Below, one piece after another: positions 28,217-38,267 of a stretch of 46,072 nt of DNA. Made by a program: the position numbers and the translations under genes. Numbering within the stretch: position 1 is the stretch's first letter; each line of letters starts with the position of its first letter. The notes under the pieces are model-generated. The model had not been told where the DNA came from. It saw only the letters and a program-made list of their open reading frames with translations, and made no database searches. This DNA comes from Escherichia phage Jk06. The stretch is from sequence record DQ121662.1; one strand, written 5' to 3'.

Positions 28217-29808
28217 ATGATAATGTTTGATTTTAATGATGACAAATTGACTGTTGAACAAGTAATGGCTGTTGCCGCTCAGGATGGATTACCTCCTTTA
28301 CGTGTTGCTATTAATGCGAACGGTTATCGCCAGAGCGCATCATTCTGGAAAGCTCCGGTTGAGATTGATTCTACTGGCGACAAGTATCCTGTTATCTCGC
28401 TTGGTAACGACTATGATGTAGTTGGCAAACTATCAAGCAACATTGCTCGTTCTGTTCAGTTTCCTGAATCATCTGCTTATATGCACTTCCTTGGTTGCAT
28501 CTCGGCAGCTATGTTAGGTCGCTTTACGGTTGAGTATCACGGAACTCAACAACCAACATCACTGTATGTAGTGACCAGCCAGCCTCCATCAACTGGTAAA
28601 TCTGCCATTAACTCGCTGTCTCTGGCTCCAATGATTGCAGAGACTGAGCGACTAAACGATCTGCGTAAGCGTGACCGTAAAAAGATTATGGCCAAGCTGT
28701 CGGCTCTGGCTAAAGAAATGAAGCAGGAGAAGTCGCCTTCTGAGATGGCTGGTTTGTTTGAGGAGAAGGAGGAGCTGGAAGATAAGCTCGAGAAACTTTG
28801 CGACATCGTATTCCCTGTATCTGATACTACTCCTGAAGGTCTGGCACGCATTAACCATCGTCAGGGTAGCTTCGCTGTCATCTCGGATGAGGCGACGAGC
28901 GTCAACTCACTGCTGGGCATGACCTATGGTGATGGAACAAAGAAAACAAACAGCGAACTGGTACTTAAGGCCTGGGATGCTGGTAACGTATCTATCGCGC
29001 GTGCGAACGCAGAGAACAACATGAGCTTTATTGCTATGGGGTGTATTTCTGTAATTGCGCAGGATGAAACAATAGTCGCAATCATGAATGCTGGTGCTCG
29101 CGGTATTGGTGTATCCGAACGTTTCTTGCTTGTGCGTGAAAAGTCATTCCTTGGTGAGCGTGTTTTCGTCGATGATAATGGCGAGTCAACATATGAGCCG
29201 ATTGACGGAGCGTGAAGGGCTGATTACTTCCGTCTTTGTTCATGAAATTATGAGTGAGCAAGATGTTAAGTTGACTATTAGTAACTCAGCAATGAAGCAC
29301 CTTAACCGTGCTCGACAGGAAAATGGAGCCACACCTTGCAGATGGCGGTAAGTATTCACACACAATGCTGCGCGGCGCGTTAGGTAAAATGGATAAACAG
29401 GTAATTCGCATTGCTGCAGTTCTTCACACTATCCGTAACTGGTTTAACCCCAATGGCGGTAGTCCGCAGAAGTCCAGGGAGATTGAACTGGAAACCATGC
29501 AAGAGGCTTTGTTGATGTTTGGAGAACTTAGTAAGACTTACTTATCCTCAGCTAACGCAGCTGGTCATGCTGGCGATAACGCTGAGATGAACAAGTTAAT
29601 TGATATCCTTATCAAGCAAGGCAAGAACAGTAAAGGAGTTGTGGGTTTGCGTTCACTTTATGAAGCTGCGCGTAAGGTTCGACCTTTCGAGTCACAGGCT
29701 GGTGTTATGGCTAAAATTAAAGACCACTTACTGCCGATGCTTGATGAGAAAAACTATACCTGCCTGATTGGTGACAAGGTATATATCAATCCACGGCTGC
29801 TGGGGTAA
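28217..29808 (+). CDS. P-loop NTPase-like protein (about 530 aa), reading frame interrupted between about 29215 and 29310; long paralogue of 24675-25235
   Basis: Track ORFs 28217-29215, 29088-29351 and 29308-29808 are contiguous; Walker A-like SQPPSTGKSA; N- and C-terminal segments match the short paralogue. Confidence 0.55.
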
Positions 29809-29812
29809 TTAA

Positions 29813-30148
29813 ATGTTCATCCTTGATGTGTTCAAGTTCTGCGAGAGCTACGAAAAGTTTAACAGGCAGCACCTGGCGGTATTCATTTACCGCCACAAAG
29901 AATGTGAAAGAATGGCTAAGGCAGCTGGAGTTAATGCGCGTTACTTTGCATCATCTGCGTCAAAGGAGTTTCTGGCAAGATGCATGACTGAAGGTTACAT
30001 CGATGGAGTTAATGGCAGTTACTGGAGCAAAGGAAGCACGAAGCGACCTTTCGAATTTAGCTTCAGATGCCTTGGAGGTGAGAGCGATAAGTACACTAAT
30101 GAGATGATGACCATAAAAGAAATGACAGACGACCAACTGTTCGCATAA
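29813..30148 (+). CDS. hypothetical protein
   Basis: 111 aa ORF starting 5 nt after the upstream stop. Confidence 0.4.
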   Translation: MFILDVFKFCESYEKFNRQHLAVFIYRHKECERMAKAAGVNARYFASSASKEFLARCMTEGYIDGVNGSYWSKGSTKRPFEFSFRCLGGESDKYTNEMMTIKEMTDDQLFA

Positions 30149-30150
30149 AA

Positions 30151-30177
30151 GAAAGGAGCCATTAGGCTCCTTTTTTG
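30151..30177 (+). terminator. intrinsic terminator
   Basis: GGAGCCATTAGGCTCC hairpin followed by TTTTTT. Confidence 0.55.
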
Positions 30178-30566
30178 TTTCCTGGAAATCTTAAAGCGAA
30201 GTAAGTTAACAAACCAGAAACTAGTAAAGCAAGAACGCCCAAGACTAATGAGCCAACCCCGGAGTTTTCAGTGCTATGAATTTCAATCTTTTCAGCTGTT
30301 ATTGTGTTAGCTGAGAGACCCGTGGCAGCGGTCTTTTTCTGGCTTGATGAGTCTACGTCCCTGTTAGTTGAGTTGCGCATATCGCTTTCTACAGAGCTAG
30401 ATTTGTCTGTCTGATTTGATAATCCAACGCCCGTCTTCTGGTTAGACTCACCAGCCTGCGCTGTTGCTTCAATGCCATCCTTACTCGGTAATAAATCAGA
30501 GATAGCTGACATAGCAGAGCACCCTGTCAGCAAGATAATTGCCAGAACTACAACTCCGAAACGCAT
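30162..30566 (-). CDS. unimolecular spanin-type lysis protein (outer-membrane lipoprotein with C-terminal transmembrane helix)
   Basis: N-terminal signal with lipobox LLTGC; C-terminal hydrophobic helix VGSLVLGVLALLVSGLLTYFAL; downstream of the endolysin gene. Confidence 0.65.
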   Translation of the reverse strand: MRFGVVVLAIILLTGCSAMSAISDLLPSKDGIEATAQAGESNQKTGVGLSNQTDKSSSVESDMRNSTNRDVDSSSQKKTAATGLSANTITAEKIEIHSTENSGVGSLVLGVLALLVSGLLTYFALRFPGNKKGA

Positions 30567-31030
30567 AGCTTCACCTCCGCGTCACGTCTATTATCCAAAC
30601 CCTTAGATACAACCTTTTTACCATTAATTGTAATCTTGTTAAATAGCCTTAAGGCATTGCAACCGCCATAGATATCTCCGGAATTAATCCTCCTCATTGC
30701 CGTTGATTTGCGCATCGCATTAGTTCCCACGTTGAATGAGAAACTATACAAGGCAGCCCTGGTGCTAACTGGAACATCAACCTTTAACGCTTTATCAACA
30801 GCGGTGCGATGAATTGATAAGTGCTTCATAAGAAGTGTGTCACACTCTTTCTGAGTGTAAATCTTGCCACGAATAACGTCAGGACCAGTAATTCCAGCGC
30901 AAACAGTCCATACCCCAGCAACATCCTTGTAAGGCTTGTGCTCAACGCCTTCATGCTCATTCAGGAATGGAACCGCTAACGCCATTGCGCCAGCTACAGC
31001 TGAACCAATGACCTTATTTTTTATGCTCAT
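30548..31030 (-). CDS. SAR endolysin (T4 lysozyme-like glycoside hydrolase)
   Basis: Weakly hydrophobic Gly/Ala-rich N-terminus VIGSAVAGAMALAV, then E-x8-D-x5-T catalytic spacing (EGVEHKPYKDVAGVWT). Confidence 0.7.
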   Translation of the reverse strand: MSIKNKVIGSAVAGAMALAVPFLNEHEGVEHKPYKDVAGVWTVCAGITGPDVIRGKIYTQKECDTLLMKHLSIHRTAVDKALKVDVPVSTRAALYSFSFNVGTNAMRKSTAMRRINSGDIYGGCNALRLFNKITINGKKVVSKGLDNRRDAEVKLCVSEL

Positions 31031-31245
31031 TATTTACTCCTGATTCTCATTGCCTCTCGAATGTCTCCATCTTCAAGTGCTTTATGTAGCGCTTTACTGT
31101 CGCGCCAGCGAAGCCATGCGCCAAAAATACCAAAGCACACGGCTACGATTAAGCCAATAATGCCGATGATTGTATTGTCAGATAAGCCGCCGCCCATAGC
31201 TACTCCGCTGCCGGACAAGGCGGCTGCGTCATAGAAATGCTTCAT
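31030..31245 (-). CDS. holin (pinholin-like)
   Basis: 71 aa ORF with two hydrophobic segments and a charged C-terminus; stop overlaps the endolysin start. Confidence 0.6.
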   Translation of the reverse strand: MKHFYDAAALSGSGVAMGGGLSDNTIIGIIGLIVAVCFGIFGAWLRWRDSKALHKALEDGDIREAMRIRSK

Positions 31246-31546
31246 GTTGCGGCCTCTTTAAGTTGATTTGATTAAATAATACCAGATATTAAACTTTGAC
31301 ATAAACGAAAAAAAGGCAGCCTTAAAGGCCGCCTGTTTTCAAGTTGATGTTTCTTATAAGTTAGTCTGCGATAATGAATTCCACCAATTCTCCATCAATC
31401 GGGGCTAAGATCCAAGTCATGTCATCGCCATAAATCTTATAATTACCATCCCCCTGGTACTCACCACTGTAAGGGTTGTTTACAGTGAAAGGCAGTGATT
31501 TTGATTTGTTGCTAACGCAGAATAATTTAGTCATTTTGATAATCTC

Positions 31547-31735
31547 TTAACGGTTTACGCAAATAAGTGTGTTTACATTAATTGGGAAGCAGTTACCACC
31601 CATGGTCTTAATCATTACGAAAATACAGCCAGGGTAATACTCAAGGCTTGTAGCCTTAACTTTTTGCGGCGGGCAATTTGAGAACAAAACTTCATCACCA
31701 ACCTTTACCATTTCAGCTTTGATTGTAAGCAACAT
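31547..31735 (-). CDS. hypothetical protein
   Basis: 62 aa Cys-containing ORF. Confidence 0.35.
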   Translation of the reverse strand: MLLTIKAEMVKVGDEVLFSNCPPQKVKATSLEYYPGCIFVMIKTMGGNCFPINVNTLICVNR

Positions 31736-31774
31736 TAACGCTCTCCAAGTGCCGCAAGGATTGCATAAGCGATT

Positions 31775-31921
31775 TCACTTTGCATTTTTCTCCGTAAGGT
31801 TAATAACATCAACCTTGATATCTTCTTCGCTTGATCCGTACGCTTGTGCTATTTTAAAAGTTTTACCAAAACCAACATCTTTAACTTCGATTTGTGCGTC
31901 TGATTGGGTGAACTTAGCCAT
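31775..31921 (-). CDS. hypothetical small protein (48 aa)
   Basis: ATG at 31921 downstream of promoter module 31924-32000. Confidence 0.35.
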   Translation of the reverse strand: MAKFTQSDAQIEVKDVGFGKTFKIAQAYGSSEEDIKVDVINLTEKNAK

Positions 31922-31923
31922 TT

Positions 31924-32000
31924 TCTATTTCCTATCTCGTTGTCGATGAAACAAATATAGCGCCTTTCGGCGCTATAGTCTTTAGCAAAAAGTGCTATTT
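31924..32000 (-). promoter_or_regulatory. early promoter module (IR, hairpin, TATATT, CATCGACAACGAG leader)
   Basis: IR TTTAGCAAAAAGTGCTATTT at 31981-32000 (reverse orientation); hairpin AGCGCCTTTCGGCGCT. Confidence 0.5.
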
Positions 32001-32548
32001 ACTACTTCCATTAATTTATTCAAAGAACCATCTATATCACCACTATCTAGTTTCAAATCAACCTCAATCGCACCAGTATTGTAAAGGTATGACCTGGAAT
32101 CACCTGAGAAATCAAAGCCATCCCTATGAAGCCTTACAATCATAACATCAACGCCATTAGATAATAGTGGCTCAATTTCTGAACGCAAAACCACCGTCAG
32201 AAGAAACATAGAATCCATCAACAATCTTGCTGTACAGCCTCTTTCCGAACACGTCATTCCCAAACACTGGCTTCATTACAACTTCGCTAATCCATATCAT
32301 AACTCTCTCGGGGTTTTTCCACCAAGAAATGACTGATGGGACTCCTTGAATGACCTGTCGTCATAATTTTCAATAAATTTATCAAAATCATCTTTTGATA
32401 AAACACCTCTTGCAACATCAAATATTGGTGATTTGAATGATAATTTTTCATCAAAAAAACCAGATGTAACAAGAATATCAGCTAGCGTGTCCTTGCCGCA
32501 ACCCGCTGGACCATTAAGTACGACTAATTTCTTCATTTTATTCCCCAT
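31982..32548 (-). CDS. P-loop nucleotide kinase (dNMP kinase-like), frame interrupted near 32263-32300
   Basis: Walker A LNGPAGCGKDT in ORF 32297-32548; ORF 31982-32263 continues downstream in another frame. Confidence 0.5.
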
Positions 32549-33011
32549 GTGATTCGCAGTCTTTTGGTAAATTTTCGTAGCTTCTTACCTGCATAACACA
32601 GTAACCATTACTCCTTAAGTGTCTTATTACGTTTGGGTTATCCTCAAAAACTATACATTCATCAACTCCGTCTGTATTTTTCTCTAGCCACTCAAGTTTA
32701 ATATCAAAATCCTTTCTGTTATCTTCTCTATTTCTCATAGAGATTTCGCTGTACATTACATTATTTCTTTTAAGCCAGGATACTGTTTCATTCTTACACT
32801 CATCGCTCCTAGATGTGAGCAATACTACACGCTCACCTTTCATATAAAGACTATTCATCATATTTATGATTTGAGTCTTTGGCTCGTCATTCACACATGC
32901 AGAGTTGTAATTCCTCCAAGATTCTGTTAAGTGAAGATTATCTTTAGGCAGTAAATGCTGCCTTTTCTCATTTAAAGATATCGTACCATCTATATCAAAA
33001 ACATAAACCAT
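32538..33011 (-). CDS. HAD-superfamily phosphatase (nucleotidase / polynucleotide-phosphatase-like)
   Basis: N-terminal motif VFDIDGTI (DxDGT) and a later acidic motif; 157 aa. Confidence 0.55.
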   Translation of the reverse strand: MVYVFDIDGTISLNEKRQHLLPKDNLHLTESWRNYNSACVNDEPKTQIINMMNSLYMKGERVVLLTSRSDECKNETVSWLKRNNVMYSEISMRNREDNRKDFDIKLEWLEKNTDGVDECIVFEDNPNVIRHLRSNGYCVMQVRSYENLPKDCESHGE

Positions 33012-33013
33012 TC

Positions 33014-34140
33014 TTACATCCCCGGGCGGTAAATGAATCGACCAATCTCACCAAATTCCTTGTGGTATACGATTACCGCCGCCTGACGATAGCTTCTCCA
33101 TCCACCTCGAGCTGCATAAGCATCTTTACTCGCAAGCGCCGGGTGAACCTCGTCAATACCAAGCGTGCACTCACTTAACGTTGCATGATGGAAGTGCCCC
33201 GAATGACAGTAAACAAACTCACATTCGCCAAAATCTTTACGGAAATCTGTAGCCATTGCTGCCAGTCGACCTTCTGCTTTCTTCATTGTGTGACCATGCG
33301 TGTATCCAAGCAGTGTGGAGCCATAACGAGTCTTGTGCATAATTGCAGGGCTAACATCAACATGAACACGTGGCTCATTATCATAGAATGCAGCCATTGC
33401 AGCACGCAGCCAAATCATCGATGCCTGGTCGTGGTTGCCTTCAATAACCTGAATCTCAACCTCTTTATGTTTCATAAGCATTTTAGTTACTGTTGCTCGC
33501 AGTGATCGAATGGCAACATACACCAACTTAGCAAATCGACTATCCTGATCAAGTACGTGCTTACTGCCGGTGTAACAGCATCAAGACCATCAGAGTGAAG
33601 GAAGTCGCCACCAATCAGTAGCACTGCTTTCTCGGAATTTGGAGCCTTGCTGATTGAGTAATCAAAGTATGAGTTCATCAATTTTTCAGCTGTTGCCGTG
33701 TCGTAGTTCTCGCCAGCTTCGTGAGAGTGGGCCATCATACCAATATGAATGTCAAATACAGGGTAAAGAGTTAATGTATCATCAAAGTTAACATTTTCAT
33801 TTTTAACTAGCTCGGCCTTAGGAAGTTCTGAGCAAAATGCTTCGCGTGCCTTAGTAATAATCTCTTCAAGGCGTTCATTATCAACGCTAGTCTTAACCCA
33901 ACGAATCTTCTCGTTACCTTCTGCATCAATCATGGTTGAAGTGCCTTTAACCATGTATCCATCCGGAACTAGCTTCTTTATGCCTTCGTTTCCGTGGCCT
34001 TCGCCAGATTTTGACAGCTTGCTCCGGCGCAGTTCTACGTTACGAATGTTCATGCCGTACTTCTCTGCGATTGCTTTGTTAGTCATACCGTTTGCCAGTT
34101 CTTCTTTAAGTTGTTCTTTAGTGATTTTAGCGATAGCCAT
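33014..34140 (-). CDS. metallophosphoesterase (calcineurin-like) with N-terminal HTH-like segment, frame interrupted near 33490-33530; true start at ATG 34140
   Basis: Motifs FDIHIG, GDFLHSDG, GNHD and GHTH across track ORFs 33487-34263 and 33014-33526; the first 41 codons of the track ORF lie in the promoter. Confidence 0.6.
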
Positions 34141-34224
34141 TCTATATTTTCCTATTAGCAGGTTATGAAGTACATGATTATAAAGGTTACTGGCACTGCC
34201 AGCAATGGTAGTAATGTTTTCATC

Positions 34225-34298
34225 TGAGCCGCCTCTCGTTTCGATGAACACACTATAAGCCATCCCTGGCGATATGTTTTAACAAAAAGTGCTATTTA
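34225..34298 (-). promoter_or_regulatory. early promoter module (IR variant TTAACA, TATAGT, CATCGAAACGAGAGG leader)
   Basis: IR at 34277-34298 on the plus strand (reverse orientation); a 20-codon hydrophobic mini-ORF lies in the leader. Confidence 0.5.
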
Positions 34299-34908
34299 AC
34301 TTCTTTTAGCCAGTAATCAAGAAACTCAGTTTCAAGCGCAGCAATTGCTGGAGAATACTCACTAGGCATCATCATATTGCAGCCAGGTGAGTAGTACATC
34401 AACTCAGCCTTACCAATCTCAATTTGCACCAGTACATCGAGGTAGTCCGGAGGAATCCACTCAGAGAAAGGAATCTTCCGATAAGGCTTCTCACCAAAAA
34501 ACACAACCTGATACTTACTCTCATCAAAATCTAGACCAGAGTAAATTCATTTCTTCGCACCTTTCTTAAATATCTTCTTACCTTCCTCGCGATACATTGC
34601 GAGGCTAGGCGTTGCTGGAACTCTTACATACTTGCGTGGCCGCTGGTTCATATAACTAAACTTCCCATTGAAAACTACAGATATGTCATCAATATCAAAG
34701 TATTTACCTATCATCTTGATGTCATCCTGCAATCCCGCCTCTCCACAATGCGCCCATACAGCGGCGCGTCCGCTTTCAACTATCATAGGCCGTAAGCCAT
34801 TTTTAAATATTCTCGAGCGCACATCCAGCAATATTCAGATCCAGTCTTAACTGCGTCATTTGCGAAAGACTGCGCAATCTCGAACATCTCTTTGTCTATA
34901 ATTTTCAT
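34292..34908 (-). CDS. hypothetical protein, reading frame interrupted (track ORFs 34547-34831 and 34292-34504 plus N-terminal fragment from ATG 34908)
   Basis: Three co-linear ORF fragments in different frames downstream of promoter module 34939-34984. Confidence 0.35.
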
Positions 34909-34938
34909 CTCTTAACCCTCTCATTTGCTGATGTAATT

Positions 34939-34984
34939 AATATAATCCATCCTTGTATTTTAGTTTTAACAAAAAGTGCTATTT
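34939..34984 (-). promoter_or_regulatory. early promoter module (IR variant plus TATATT)
   Basis: IR TTTTAACAAAAAGTGCTATTT at 34964-34984; TATATT on the minus strand at 34939-34944. Confidence 0.5.
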
Positions 34985-35183
34985 ACTCATAAACAAGAAA
35001 ACTTACATGCTTACCTTTCGCATCATTACACCCGTAGTACCCATCAAATTCATTATGTAACTTCCATGCAAATCCGTCATCGCTAACTATTTCAACCTGG
35101 TCATTAATCGGGTCAAGTTTGAATTCGTAATCATTGAAAAGGGTGAATGAGCCATTGGTCTTTACGCAAGTTGCAGTAATCAT
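34983..35183 (-). CDS. hypothetical protein
   Basis: 66 aa ORF. Confidence 0.35.
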   Translation of the reverse strand: MITATCVKTNGSFTLFNDYEFKLDPINDQVEIVSDDGFAWKLHNEFDGYYGCNDAKGKHVSFLVYE

Positions 35184-35440
35184 CTCACAATCTCCACATC
35201 TAATTTTGAAACGCTAACAACCATTCCAGCATCGTTGCGAACAATGTACCTATCCGAGTCGGCCGAAATCTCAAGAACAAAATAGCTATTTCCGTTTTTT
35301 AGTAAGTATTCGTCAATCTCCATTCTGGGCTTGTTTCTTGGCTTAAATGTAACAACAAAAGGCCTTTCGTTAATCATAAAAAATCCTCTGGGCAATCTTT
35401 TTTCATTTCTTCGATGTCTGCAAACATGCGGTCTCGCCAC
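35180..35440 (-). CDS. hypothetical protein
   Basis: 86 aa ORF, translationally coupled to its neighbours. Confidence 0.35.
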   Translation of the reverse strand: MARPHVCRHRRNEKRLPRGFFMINERPFVVTFKPRNKPRMEIDEYLLKNGNSYFVLEISADSDRYIVRNDAGMVVSVSKLDVEIVR

Positions 35441-35592
35441 GTTTCGATATCTGTGTTCAGATAATCCTCTTCGAAACTATAATCAAGACACCAAGCTAAA
35501 TCCCAAACATCATTTTTATATCCAGCTTTACTCAACTCCTGCGCCACCATTGCCTGAAAGAGTTCCCATTGCTTATCAAAGGTTAATTTCAT
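35374..35592 (-). CDS. hypothetical acidic protein
   Basis: 72 aa ORF. Confidence 0.35.
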   Translation of the reverse strand: MKLTFDKQWELFQAMVAQELSKAGYKNDVWDLAWCLDYSFEEDYLNTDIETWRDRMFADIEEMKKDCPEDFL

Positions 35593-35786
35593 TATTCTGA
35601 CACCTCATCAAATTTTTCGCCGAATGCGTTTTTAACAGTCTCTAAATCATCTTTGTATGTTGGGCTAACTTCGAATGAGTAACCGTCTCCATCATCAAGA
35701 ATATAACCCTCAGGGGTGATTGCTAATTCATATTCATAACCAGTTTTGCGTGACTTGTACAGCTTTTCAGTGTAGATAGTAGTCAT
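35592..35786 (-). CDS. hypothetical protein (start at MTTIYTEK; track N-terminus lies in the promoter)
   Basis: Promoter module 35801-35863 sits inside the track ORF 35592-35906; the internal ATG at 35786 has a purine-rich RBS. Confidence 0.4.
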   Translation of the reverse strand: MTTIYTEKLYKSRKTGYEYELAITPEGYILDDGDGYSFEVSPTYKDDLETVKNAFGEKFDEVSE

Positions 35787-35800
35787 TTTGTTTCTCTCTC

Positions 35801-35863
35801 TTCGTTTCGATGAAGTAACTATATCGCATCCTTGCGAAATCTCTTTAGCAATTCGTGCTATTT
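35801..35863 (-). promoter_or_regulatory. early promoter module (IR, TATAGT, CATCGAAACGAA leader)
   Basis: IR at 35844-35863, TATAGT on the minus strand at 35818-35823, leader at 35801-35812. Confidence 0.55.
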
Positions 35864-36230
35864 GATAGATAATCTGTAATTGCCAACTTAAACATTTCAA
35901 ACCCATAACAGATTGCCGCGTAACCTCCTGTTTCTGATACCTTTTCCAGAAACTCCTTTTGCTCCTTTGAAACCTTGCTATCTGATTTTATTGCTCGCTT
36001 AAGCTCTATTGCGGCAAAGCCATTTGGTCCAATCAGTAGAATATCTGATACACCCTTAATTACTCCCTCCTGCTTGTCCTTCATTGCTGTGCCGATAGAC
36101 TTGAGACCTTCATTCTTCACGTGAAAAGCAAATATCTCTGGATGGTTGTGGCGAACCCAAGCTATTGAATTTATTTGGTGAACAACCTCTTTAGCCTGTC
36201 AGTGCTTGTTTTGTCGTGAAAAACCTTAAC
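35845..36230 (-). CDS. VRR-NUC-type PD-(D/E)xK nuclease, N-terminal frame interruption near 36120-36170
   Basis: Core GVSDILLIGPNGFAAIELK...EQKEFL...GGYAAICYGFE; open frame extends upstream of the track start, with ATG 36230 in another frame. Confidence 0.5.
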
Positions 36231-36232
36231 CA

Positions 36233-38178
36233 TTAGAACTCCTTATTAGCAATATTATCGCCACCTTTAGCGGTCTTGCGGTGAGTTACCCTCTTAGGAG
36301 CATGGATGTACTGCGAATACTCCATAATCTTGCGAGCATTGCGATATGCAGCCATATATCGCTTAGCGTTCATGTCGACTACGTGACCTTTAATTCCATT
36401 GTTCAACCAGAGTGTTTTACATACTCGATGGTCAGACTCTACGAAGAAAACCTCATGAGCTTTAAATGTCCCACCCATGCCATCATCAAGGATGTAGTTG
36501 TAGATGATTCCTGATTGGTTCTTTGTTAGCCCAACCTTAAAGTCAACAACATCAAACCAGTCGTTCTTGCGGTAATGTTTGCCGCTTAACTTGAGATTTG
36601 GATCAAGCAAAGTGCAATCGCAACCCCTACAAATCTTAGCTGCAACGTCATTCTGAACTCCGCAGCCTTTAACGATAACCTTTCCGGTTCGTGGGTCTTT
36701 CTGGTCTTCACATGTGCGACTAACCCAGAAATATTCGCAGCGATTATTATTCTCATCAATATGCATGCAACGTCGAGCAAAGAAGCTGTTCTCTGTTCCG
36801 CATACTGGACACTGCTTAGTCTCCTTGCCATTATCTTTCGTAGCTGATATTGAGCCTGCTCAAGAATTGGATTGAAGTACAATGATGCCATAGAGTCCAT
36901 CGTTCCTGCGAAGTCCAGTACCAAATGGTCATTCTTGACCATTCCTTTATCTTCATGGAGCTTCTTAAGCTTACGCATTCCTCGACCAAGTAGCTGAACC
37001 AGGAGCGTAAGGCTACCAATCTTACGCAGAATAACGCTTGTATCCCATGTAGGCACATTTACGCCAGTGGTTAGCGCCTGAACCTGAAAGCAATATTTAA
37101 TCTCCCCGCTAAAGCACTTATCAAGCAACTCCTTGCGCTGCTTCTCGCCAGTCTTTCCAGTTATAATGCAGAACTTTTCACCTTCAGGAAGGTAACTTGC
37201 GGCTTCGTGGCAATGGCGCTCACCTGCGCATGTTACCAGAACTCCATTCCTGTCTTTCGCGGCAAGCCATACTTTCTTCATTATCTCCGCTGTCATTGTT
37301 CCAGATGCCTGAATCTTTTTATCCATGGCTTCAAGCTGGGCTTTAGTGTAATCCTGAACACCATCTTCAGATGATGCATCAAACTCTGACAGGTCGTAAC
37401 CAACGCCATCAGTAGCACCAAAGTTTGTCGGAACCACGGAACCGAACTCGACCAGGTAGTTTGTATCGATATTTGTGACCGTCTCACGCCAAAATCCCAA
37501 CTCCTTTTTATTTTCAACAACTATTGGCGTAGTTCCACGGAAAGGAGAACCAGTCAGTCCAAAGATACGAAGATTCTTGCCATACTTAGCACGGCAGCGC
37601 TCCATTAAAGTCAGTATGATTACCGTATACTGGCTACGTCCCTTATCTGATGCCTGTTGCGCAGTCTCATTGTTATCTAGAGCCTCAGCCACATCCTGGT
37701 CATCAACATGGTGACACTCATCAATAGCAACTACCGCAGGGCAGAAATCGCCAAGTGACCTCTCAAGCCCGCCAACTACTGTACCCTCAGAGCCAACCAC
37801 CACAGGGAAATAAGATGATTTTATTCCAAGCCCAGAGCAATAGATGGAGTTAGGAACCCCGTAATCAGAAATCTCAGAAGCATTCTGGCTAACCAGCTCT
37901 GCCTGACGAGCAAGAACAAGCATAGGCAAGCCAAGCTCAGAGCAACGCTTAGCAACCATACCAAAAACCAGAGTCTTACCAGCAGAAACTGAAGCCATTG
38001 CGATAAATGGATGCTCATAGCGACTAATGCGCTTTGCAATCTCATTGTACATAACACACTGATAGCTATACGGAACCATACCGTTAGAAGAGGTGAATTT
38101 AGTTTGAATCTCTTTAATCTTATCTTCGCCCAATTCTTCAATCTGTTTTTGTATTGTTTTCAATCGGTTTTCCATAAT
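36233..38178 (-). CDS. SF2 DNA helicase with C-terminal zinc-ribbon region, frame interrupted near 36800-36840; start taken at MENRLKTIQ
   Basis: Motif I SVSAGKT, motif II DECHH; Cys-rich C-terminal continuation CPVCGTEN...CRGCDC in ORF 36233-36766; the first 16 track codons overlap a promoter module. Confidence 0.75.
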
Positions 38179-38189
38179 ATCAAATGCCT

Positions 38190-38256
38190 TTAATGTTTGT
38201 TCGATTGACGATATAATAACAGCCATCTAAACCAATGTTTAACAAAAAGTGCTATT
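38190..38256 (-). promoter_or_regulatory. early promoter module upstream of helicase
   Basis: IR TTTAACAAAAAGTGCTATT at 38238-38256 (reverse orientation), then TATATC and CAATCGAACAAAC leader before the internal ATG at 38178. Confidence 0.45.
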
Positions 38257-38267
38257 GAGGTGAGAAA

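Noticed and set aside
38238-38256. IR motif read as an RBS or start region of the helicase as given in the ORF track
   Set aside because: The motif lies within 12 nt of the track start codon with no Shine-Dalgarno sequence; the internal ATG at 38178, preceded by a TATA box, leader-like element and AAAGG, is the more plausible start.
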